Assembly: GCA_016218155.1 (NCBI GenBank)
Contig: JACREQ010000069.1
Coordinates: 95,311 to 159,310, forward strand
Length of the DNA stretch: 64,000 nucleotides
From: Bacteroidia bacterium
GTDB lineage: Bacteria; Bacteroidota; Bacteroidia; Bacteroidales; GWA2-32-17
Direction: 5' to 3'
A program made the translations under genes and the position numbers. This document shows, piece by piece, positions 56,901-64,000 of this stretch. The notes below the pieces were generated by a model. That model did no database searches. It had not been told where the DNA came from and worked only from the letters and a program-made list of their open reading frames with translations. Each line of letters starts with the position of its first letter. Position 1 is the first letter of the stretch.

Positions 56901-59900
56901 TTATCGACAAATAGTAATAGGAGTTGTTTTTGTGTTATTGCTACTAATAATTGTTAGCAAATACATTCCATCTGAAAGGCAACTTAAATCTAATGTATTA
57001 AAACTGGTATTTGTTTTAGTAGTAAATAATAGTCTTCCAGAAATATCATTTACATTAATAATTGTATCATTAAGGCTTAAATTTTTAATTGAAATAATTC
57101 CCTGAGATGGATTAGGAAAAATTAAAATGTTTTCTAATTCATTTTCTGTAATTGAATTAACAGATACAGTTATTGATTGAATTAATGTATCATTTCCGCA
57201 ATTGTTATGAGCAATTAAAGTAACCTGATATGTTCCGTTGGCAGCATAATTATAATTAGGCTCAAACTGAGTAGAAATTCCACCATCACCAAAATACCAT
57301 ATATATGAAGTAGCACCCACAGAAAGATTAGTAAATGTAACATTTAAATCAGTAGAGCTAAATGTAAAATTGCTAAATGGGAGAGGATTAATACTTACAG
57401 TCACATTATCAGTATTGGTACATGTATTAGAATTAGTAACGGTAACAGTGTACGTTGTTGTAGTTGTTGGGCTAACCGAAACTGTAGCTGTACTACCAGC
57501 TCCATTATCCCATAAATATGACGTACCGCCAGTTGCCGTTAAACTAGCAGTCTGTCCTTCGCAAATTGTTTGATTTATACCAGCATCAGCAACAGGTAAG
57601 CTATTTACTGTTATTGATACCGATGAGTTTGCATTTGTTGAGCCATCATTAACAGTTACATAATAAGTAGTATTTACATTTGGTGTTACAGTTGGATTTG
57701 CAATAGTTGAATTAAAACCTACAGGAATTGAAGACCATTGATATGTATATGATCCTGATCCTCCTGAAGCTCCTGCCTGTAGTTGTGTGCTTGCTCCAAT
57801 ACAAATTGAAGGTTGATTTGCTGTAGAAGAACAACTAAGAGTACCACCAGTTACAGTTATAATAACATTGTCTGTTCCTGTGCAAGTTGAATTCTGGTCT
57901 GTCACAGTTAATGTGAACTGTGTTGTAGTATTTAATGCAATAGTCGTAGGATTTGCAACATTAGCATTTACCAGTTGAGAAGAAGGTTCCCAATGATAAG
58001 AATATAAACCGCTGCCACCACTTGCCGAACCTGTTAATGTTGCTGTTGCGCCAGTTGTAATTGACTGATCTGTTCCTGCATTGGTTGTTGGATTCTGGTT
58101 AACTGTTACTATAACATTATCTATTGAAGTGCAAAGCTGAGCATTTGTAACAGTTACTGTGTATGTTGTTGTAGTTGTAGGAGCTACAGTAATTCCAGCA
58201 CTATTACCACCTTGAGACCAAGAATAAGTACCACCACCTGTAGCATTTATAGTTGCTGAACCTCCGTTGCAAATTGCCTGATCGGTTCCAGCATTTGCAG
58301 TTGGTACAGGTAATATAGTTGCTGTAACAGAAGTTCTTCCACTAGTACATGATGTGATTGGCTGAACTTCCCAATCATAATAGAAATAATAAGCTGTCAA
58401 TCCTGCACTGCTATTTGTTATAGAAACCAATCCTGCAATTTCATAAGGATAACTTACACCTGTATTATTTCTGAATAAATTAATTGCTGATGTTGAAGAT
58501 AATCCAAGTTGATAATTAGTTCCAACAGGGATGTCGAAATTTAATGTAATTCTATTTGTTCCCACAGGAATATTTACTGTTGCAGAATTAATTACAGTTC
58601 CTGAACTATTTCTTAACTCAACAGTTCTGTTTCCTGCAATTGTAGTTCTTACCTGAACTGACACCAATCTGACTGGAACATTAACATCAAAAATCTGATA
58701 CCTTCCGGCAGTATTATGGGTTAATGCAGAGGTTATAGCAGGACTTGGAACATATTGAGATGTACCAAATGAAGTAGAACTGCTTTCAACATAATATGTA
58801 GTAGTAGAACTAAGGATAGGAGTGTGGTAACTTGTTCCAGTAAAAACCAAACTTCCTCCGGATGCAGCATCATACCAGTTTAAAGTACCACTTCCAGCAG
58901 CATCTAATATTAAAGAATTTGGACCACAAATCTGAGCTGAAGTTGTTGTTGGTGCAGTTGGTAATGAAATAGTAATATAGTTTGTTTTAATTTCAGAATC
59001 ATTTCCTGCACAACTTGAAACAGCAAGTGTTACTGTATAAGTTCCACTTGTTGAATAAGAGTGGGTTGGATTTTGTAATGTAGAAGTTTGTCCATCCCCG
59101 AAATTCCAAAGAAAAGTAGATCCTGCAGCTGCTCCAGAAATATCTGTAAATTGAACAGAAGCATTACAACCAGTAGTATGATCAGCAGTAAAGTTTGCCA
59201 CTGGAGCAATCGGAACTAATTGTATGTTTCTGATAACTGTTGCTTTGTTTGCAACAGTAACTCCGGTTATTGTCTGAGAAACATAACCTGGAGCGGAATA
59301 TGTAATAGAATAGGTTCCGGCAAGTATAGGTCTGTGATAATTTCCTACTGGTAATGAACTATATACATGCGAACTATCAACATCATGAGTATTAACAAAA
59401 ACTTTTGCTTTAATAGGCAAACCTGAACATGCATCGGTAATAATACCTCTAACACCGTACAAAGAATGTTCTAAATAATTTAAAAATGAACGGTAATTGT
59501 AATTCCAATAATTAGGAAGTGTACTTGCTGCTACAAGTTTTGTAGATGATAATTCTAATGTTACTTCTCTAGTATGTTTAAAATAATTCATATAATCTTG
59601 CCTGCCACCAGTAATTACATACCAATCGCCACCTTCAGTATATCCACTTGTAACTACATCAGAAAAATAACTGGCAGTTCCATATAGTTTAGCAGTATCG
59701 GCATATTCTTTTGAAACATATCTCCACCAGTTATCATCTGCATGCGTACGTTGTGAGGATGTCCAGGTATCCCATGGAAAATTTACAACTTCTGCACCAC
59801 CATGAGTATTTGCAGCCATAACAAAATCATGAGCATCTGCAAATGCCATCCATGCGATGTTTTCTGGTTGCCAAGCATTACCATCAGGATGTTGTCCAGC

Positions 59901-60653
59901 CCTCGGGTCAGGATAGTTACGATTTAAGTCTATATTGTTAGCATTATTTCTTCTTGCTCCAGTAATATTATTATCTCCGGCATAATATGTTCCATCAGGA
60001 TTTGAAAATGGGCATATCCAAAGTTCAATATTATTTACAATATTAGTAGCTCTGGCATTAGTTCCATAATTTGATAATAAATAGTTAGCTAATCTTAAAA
60101 ATATTATAGAACCAGTAACTTCATCACCATGCATTGCTCCTGTATAAAATACTTCAGGTTCATCTTCATTAGCATTTGGATTATCAGTAATTTTAAGTGC
60201 TAATAATCTTCTTCCACTTGCTAGTGTAGCAATTGTATCAAGATGGCAGAGATTTGGATATGTAGTGGCAAATGTATTCATCATTGTTTCATACTCTGTA
60301 TATGTTGGATAAGTATCAAACTGCCAAATCCCCTTTGACTGATCCCACATTTCAACAATTGCATCACCGGGGTGTGGTAAAACCTGATATGAAATATTTT
60401 TAGCTAAAAATCTGTTAAACTCAATTTTGTTAGCATAAGCCCACACTTCACCATTTTTAACGTTATCAATAGAAATGATATTTGTCAGAGTTATTAGTTC
60501 TGAAGGATTTTTTATTTGAAAATGAAAATAAACTTCACCTTTTTTATCTAAATATTTTTTGGCCTGATTAAATTCAGAATCACTTTGGGCAAAGCCTGTA
60601 TTTATGGCAAATACAAAAGCAAACAGTACTAAAAAAGAGTAAAAATTTTTCAT
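56901..60653 (-). CDS. M14 zinc carboxypeptidase with CarboxypepD_reg, PKD and multiple Ig-like repeats; T9SS type-A cargo
   Basis: 1250 aa with a signal peptide. M14 motifs: YPTYTEYETMM and FYTGAMHGDEVTG. PKD: FLWNFGDGQTSTLQNPTHSY. Ig-like repeats of the form AG.DQ.IC.G....L.A.GG..Y.W. C-terminal tail: IFPNPSQGIISIKN...GMYLLTI. Confidence 0.88.
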   Translation of the reverse strand: MKNFYSFLVLFAFVFAINTGFAQSDSEFNQAKKYLDKKGEVYFHFQIKNPSELITLTNIISIDNVKNGEVWAYANKIEFNRFLAKNISYQVLPHPGDAIVEMWDQSKGIWQFDTYPTYTEYETMMNTFATTYPNLCHLDTIATLASGRRLLALKITDNPNANEDEPEVFYTGAMHGDEVTGSIIFLRLANYLLSNYGTNARATNIVNNIELWICPFSNPDGTYYAGDNNITGARRNNANNIDLNRNYPDPRAGQHPDGNAWQPENIAWMAFADAHDFVMAANTHGGAEVVNFPWDTWTSSQRTHADDNWWRYVSKEYADTAKLYGTASYFSDVVTSGYTEGGDWYVITGGRQDYMNYFKHTREVTLELSSTKLVAASTLPNYWNYNYRSFLNYLEHSLYGVRGIITDACSGLPIKAKVFVNTHDVDSSHVYSSLPVGNYHRPILAGTYSITYSAPGYVSQTITGVTVANKATVIRNIQLVPIAPVANFTADHTTGCNASVQFTDISGAAAGSTFLWNFGDGQTSTLQNPTHSYSTSGTYTVTLAVSSCAGNDSEIKTNYITISLPTAPTTTSAQICGPNSLILDAAGSGTLNWYDAASGGSLVFTGTSYHTPILSSTTTYYVESSSTSFGTSQYVPSPAITSALTHNTAGRYQIFDVNVPVRLVSVQVRTTIAGNRTVELRNSSGTVINSATVNIPVGTNRITLNFDIPVGTNYQLGLSSTSAINLFRNNTGVSYPYEIAGLVSITNSSAGLTAYYFYYDWEVQPITSCTSGRTSVTATILPVPTANAGTDQAICNGGSATINATGGGTYSWSQGGNSAGITVAPTTTTTYTVTVTNAQLCTSIDNVIVTVNQNPTTNAGTDQSITTGATATLTGSASGGSGLYSYHWEPSSQLVNANVANPTTIALNTTTQFTLTVTDQNSTCTGTDNVIITVTGGTLSCSSTANQPSICIGASTQLQAGASGGSGSYTYQWSSIPVGFNSTIANPTVTPNVNTTYYVTVNDGSTNANSSVSITVNSLPVADAGINQTICEGQTASLTATGGTSYLWDNGAGSTATVSVSPTTTTTYTVTVTNSNTCTNTDNVTVSINPLPFSNFTFSSTDLNVTFTNLSVGATSYIWYFGDGGISTQFEPNYNYAANGTYQVTLIAHNNCGNDTLIQSITVSVNSITENELENILIFPNPSQGIISIKNLSLNDTIINVNDISGRLLFTTKTNTSFNTLDLSCLSDGMYLLTIISSNNTKTTPITICR

Positions 60654-60877
60654 ATTATAGTATTATTTTAATATTCAGTTTTTATGAAAACAAGTTAAGA
60701 ATTTTTTAAATTGAATATCCACCTAAATCGATAAAATTCTAATAAAAGACTATTAATTTAAAACTAAGGTTGCAATTTTTTTATTCAAAAAACGTAAAAC
60801 TTTGTTTCATTTGACATTCAATCATTAATTTGTCATAAAATCAAAAACAATACTTTAATTTTAGAAGTAAATTTTAT

Positions 60878-60885
60878 TAATTTTG
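60878..60885 (+). promoter_or_regulatory. Candidate -7 box (TAATTTTG) for the rhodanese gene
   Basis: Matches TAnnTTTG, 26 nt upstream of the ATG at 60912. Confidence 0.4.
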
Positions 60886-60911
60886 AATTCTTAAACTCTA
60901 AAATCAAAAAA

Positions 60912-61871
60912 ATGAAAAAGATTACATTTTATCTATCACTAATATTTTCATTAATTAACTTAAACCTATTACAGGCAAACCCGGATACATTAATTGCAAA
61001 TATTACAACTGCTCAGGGGCATGATACTATTTTAGCATATGCTGGTAATCCTAATTTTGTTATATTAGATGTTAGAACTCCGGGTGAATACGTTACTCAT
61101 ATTGAGGGTGCTGTAAATATTGATTATAATAATGCAAATTTTTCTACAATACTTGACAGTCTTAATAAAGGTAAAGTTTATTTAATTCATTGTGCAAGCG
61201 GAAGTAGAAGTGCACTGGCAAAAGCAGTTATGCAAACTAAACATTTTAGAACTGTTTATAATATGTTGGGTGGAATAAGCGGATGGAATACTGCCGGATA
61301 TCCTACTACAACTTTTGTGGCTCCAGAATTTAGTCTTTTAACTGATAGCGTATATATTTTTAATGATACACCAGTGGGGCATCTTGACTCGGTATTAATA
61401 ACAGTTACAAATTCTAAAAACTCTGTTTTACAGTTTTCGTCATCTACTAATATCTCTGGAAGTGAATATAGTTCTCAATTACAAAACACACATCCTTTAT
61501 TAGGAGCACGTGATTTTAGCTTTTATATTTATTATTTACCGGCAAATACAGATAATGATAGTATTGCTTATACAATCGAAAGCAGTGCAGGAAATAAAAA
61601 TGTATATATTTATGGTAAATATAATCAAACCGGAATAAACACTAATAACCTGAATAACTTTAAAGTATTTGCAAATAAATCAAATAATTCTCTAGTAATT
61701 TTTTCTGATAAATCTTTATATAACGAAGAAGTTCAGATTTTCGATTTATTTGGAAGACTGTTATATTCAAATAAAATATCAGGAAACCATGTTATTGTTA
61801 AATTTAATAATGAACAAAGTGGTTTATTATTAATAAAAATAAGTTCAAAAACAGAAAAGATTTTCTGGTAA
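60912..61871 (+). CDS. Secreted rhodanese-domain protein with an Ig-like middle domain and a sorting-type C-terminal domain
   Basis: 319 aa with signal peptide MKKITFYLSLIFSLINLNLLQA. Rhodanese domain: VILDVRTPGEY...YLIHCASGSRSALAKAV...GGISGW. The C-terminal 70 aa are beta-rich like a T9SS CTD but lack the PNP motif. Confidence 0.75.
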   Translation: MKKITFYLSLIFSLINLNLLQANPDTLIANITTAQGHDTILAYAGNPNFVILDVRTPGEYVTHIEGAVNIDYNNANFSTILDSLNKGKVYLIHCASGSRSALAKAVMQTKHFRTVYNMLGGISGWNTAGYPTTTFVAPEFSLLTDSVYIFNDTPVGHLDSVLITVTNSKNSVLQFSSSTNISGSEYSSQLQNTHPLLGARDFSFYIYYLPANTDNDSIAYTIESSAGNKNVYIYGKYNQTGINTNNLNNFKVFANKSNNSLVIFSDKSLYNEEVQIFDLFGRLLYSNKISGNHVIVKFNNEQSGLLLIKISSKTEKIFW

Positions 61872-61892
61872 TAAATTACAGAACAAAAAACA

Positions 61893-61925
61893 TTTAACTC
61901 CTCTGGAGTTAAAAATCCCTTTTTA
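61893..61925 (+). terminator. Possible terminator after the rhodanese gene
   Basis: Stem tttaactcc/ggagttaaa with a 3-nt loop. The T-run begins only 6 nt after the stem. Confidence 0.4.
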
Positions 61926-62269
61926 TTTCTTTTTATAAACATTAAAATTCTACGGATTTTTTGAAATAAAATACTTTTTCTAGTGCAAGTGTCCTCGCTT
62001 GAACTTATTAAATCTTCTTTTTGCGCAAACTTCCTTGCTTTATACTATTTCCCTAAAACTGTTTATATTTTTTTGTATTATAAAACTAGCTTATACAATT
62101 TATTATATCTTTGCCTTTATAATTTTTATTAGAAATGAATTATTCAATTCTTTCAATATTAGCAAGCCGTATTTACCTTAACATTAAGGACAGAGATAAC
62201 TAATATCTTAGGCTTTTTATACAATTTCTATTTTTATCAATTTTATTAATCTTTTTAAATTTATTTCAT

Positions 62270-63646
62270 ATGGAATTACCATTTGCAGAACCTTATAAAA
62301 TTAAGATGGTTGAAACCATCAAAAAAACTACACGTAGCGACAGAGAAAAATGGGTACGTGAGGCAAAATATAATTTGTTTAACCTTAGCAGTGATAAAAT
62401 TTTTATCGATCTTTTAACTGATTCAGGAACCGGTGCAATGAGTGATCAGCAATGGGGGAAAATAATGACAGGGGACGAAAGTTATGCTGGGTCAAGTTCT
62501 TATTTCGCGTTAAAAGATGCAGTTAAAAATCTTTTTGGATTCGAATATTTTTTACCGACACATCAGGGAAGAGCTGCAGAAAATGTGCTTTTCAGTGTTA
62601 TGGTAAAAGAAGGAAATATTGTTCCGGGCAACTGTCATTTCGATACAACAAAAGGTCATATTGAATTCAGAAAGGCACATGCTGTTGATTGCACTATCGA
62701 TGAAGCTTTCGACACAACTGTTTATCACCCTTTTAAAGGTAATGTTGACATTAATAAGCTTGAAAAAGTTTTAAAATCAAGTCCTAAAGAAAACATTCCA
62801 ATGATTATTGTGACCATAACAAACAACACAGCGGGTGGTCAGCCAGTATCAATGGAAAATTTAAAAAACGTAAAAGAACTTGCAAATAAATTTGGAATAC
62901 CAGTAATTTATGATTCTGCACGTTTTGCCGAAAACGCATACTTTATTAAAGTTCGTGAGAAAGGATACGAGAACAAAACCATTCGCGAAATTGTAAGTGA
63001 AATGTTTTCTTATGCCGACGGTATGACTATGAGCAGCAAAAAAGATGGTATAGTAAATATTGGCGGATTTATAGGTTTAAGAAGTCAGGATTTATTCCGT
63101 GCCGCATCCACTTTCAATATTATGTTTGAAGGTTTTATTACCTATGGTGGGATGGCTGGTCGTGATATGAATGCACTTGCACAAGGCTTATACGAAGCAA
63201 CAGAATTCGATTATTTAGAATCGAGAGTAGGACAGGTAGCTTATCTTGGAAAAAGACTTGTAGAGTTTGGTGTTCCTGTTCAGGAGCCATTTGGTGGGCA
63301 TGCAATTTTTGTTGATGCAAAAAGATTTTTCCCACATATTCCTCAATCAGAATATATCGCTCAAATATTAGGCATTGAACTATATATTGAAGGAGGGGTT
63401 AGAGGAGTAGAAATAGGCACGTTGTTAGCAGATCGCGATCCGGAAACTCGCCTGGACAGGCTTCCTGCTTTAGAGTTACTTCGCTTAGCAATTCCAAGAA
63501 GGGTTTATACAAATAATCATATGGATTATATTGCTGTAGCTTTAAAAAATGTTTACGACAGAAGAAATGAAATTAAACGCGGATATAAAATTTTATGGGA
63601 AGCTCCAATTATGCGTCATTTCACTGTTGAATTGGAGAAACTTTAA
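62270..63646 (+). CDS. tnaA: Tryptophanase (beta-eliminating lyase family; tyrosine phenol-lyase not excluded)
   Basis: 458 aa. MELPFAEPYKIKMVE, IDLLTDSGTGAMSDQQW, PTHQGRAAE, and MSSKKDGIVNIGGF containing the PLP lysine. Confidence 0.8.
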   Translation: MELPFAEPYKIKMVETIKKTTRSDREKWVREAKYNLFNLSSDKIFIDLLTDSGTGAMSDQQWGKIMTGDESYAGSSSYFALKDAVKNLFGFEYFLPTHQGRAAENVLFSVMVKEGNIVPGNCHFDTTKGHIEFRKAHAVDCTIDEAFDTTVYHPFKGNVDINKLEKVLKSSPKENIPMIIVTITNNTAGGQPVSMENLKNVKELANKFGIPVIYDSARFAENAYFIKVREKGYENKTIREIVSEMFSYADGMTMSSKKDGIVNIGGFIGLRSQDLFRAASTFNIMFEGFITYGGMAGRDMNALAQGLYEATEFDYLESRVGQVAYLGKRLVEFGVPVQEPFGGHAIFVDAKRFFPHIPQSEYIAQILGIELYIEGGVRGVEIGTLLADRDPETRLDRLPALELLRLAIPRRVYTNNHMDYIAVALKNVYDRRNEIKRGYKILWEAPIMRHFTVELEKL

Positions 63647-63752
63647 ATTATAAAAATCATAATCTTTAGTTTATTTAACCTTTATTTGTTTGAGGTTTCA
63701 TATTAATCTACAAACAAAGAAAATTAATGTTATATATTTCGAATTTTACAAA

Positions 63753-64000
63753 ATGAAAAAAATAAAAGTAATTTTATTATATTCCATAGCAATAATTTTA
63801 GTATTTCAATCATGTAAAAAAGGTGAAGATGACCCAACTATTTCTTTAAGATCGAGAAAAGCAAGATTAGTTGGTGAATGGAGTTTAACCTCCGGCAAAA
63901 TCACATCTCATGAGGAATACACAACAACAGTTACTACATATGATGGAAAAACATCTATTTCTTCTGTTTATGGAACAAATCCATATACAGAAAAAATGTT
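63753..64000 (+). CDS. Hypothetical lipoprotein, N-terminal part (runs off the right edge)
   Basis: My translation from the ATG at 63753 gives MKKIKVILLYSIAIILVFQSCKKGEDDPTISLRSRKARLVGEW..., with a lipobox Cys. It is not in the ORF track because it is edge-truncated. Confidence 0.55.
   Translation, partial: MKKIKVILLYSIAIILVFQSCKKGEDDPTISLRSRKARLVGEWSLTSGKITSHEEYTTTVTTYDGKTSISSVYGTNPYTEKM

Noticed and set aside
61999-62203. Candidate tnaC-like leader peptides upstream of tryptophanase: the 60-aa TTG-start ORF and the 22-codon ATG ORF
   Set aside because: Neither contains a Trp codon, and the 60-aa ORF starts at TTG in AT-rich spacer. There is no evidence for tnaC-type attenuation.

Overview
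This is an AT-rich chromosomal segment that looks like Bacteroidota. The support is many type-A T9SS C-terminal sorting domains (YPNP...-type tails), TAnnTTTG -7 promoter boxes, a 286-aa RpoD, and no obvious Shine-Dalgarno sites. I call about 55 protein genes and found no rRNA, tRNA or CRISPR.

Gene content by region:
- 1-18.4 kb: a dense block of very large secreted or T9SS cargo proteins. It includes an FN3 protein, a GH18+CUB protein, a P-domain+CotH kinase-like protein, a Kelch propeller, and a 2472-aa adhesin with 24 SprB repeats. A bifunctional FTCD-like enzyme lies among them.
- 18.5-24 kb: housekeeping genes (prfC, GtrA, a UPF0316 protein) and an envelope gene pair.
- 24-33 kb: an accessory stretch.
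- 33.9-39 kb: an M43 protease and an OmpA-type gene.
- 39.1-44.8 kb: a Moco riboswitch with terminator, then MOT-type transporter-mobA-P-loop, tatA/tatC, moeA and moaA.
- 47-56 kb: housekeeping genes (yjbQ, truA), then a nucleotide-sugar cluster from about 49.4 kb (pgm, rfbDCA, UDP-xylose synthase, ugd).
- 56-64 kb: rpoD, a 1250-aa M14 peptidase cargo, a secreted rhodanese and tryptophanase.

Findings most worth a second look:
1. A 37-bp direct repeat recreates the 3' end of an HTH regulator gene. It brackets a 4.7-kb insertion with no recombinase.
2. Inside that insertion, the cassettes are separated by a roughly 180-bp structure-prone repeat.
3. The same insertion carries a tight three-gene surface module: a small T9SS cargo, a beta-barrel, and a DUF1566 fibre-like protein.
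4. Two neighbouring T9SS cargos carry P-domains with no protease, and one of them is a CotH kinase-like protein.
5. A Moco riboswitch appears to control a eukaryote-type MOT molybdate transporter.

All functional calls come from reading motifs by eye. No database search or structure computation was run.
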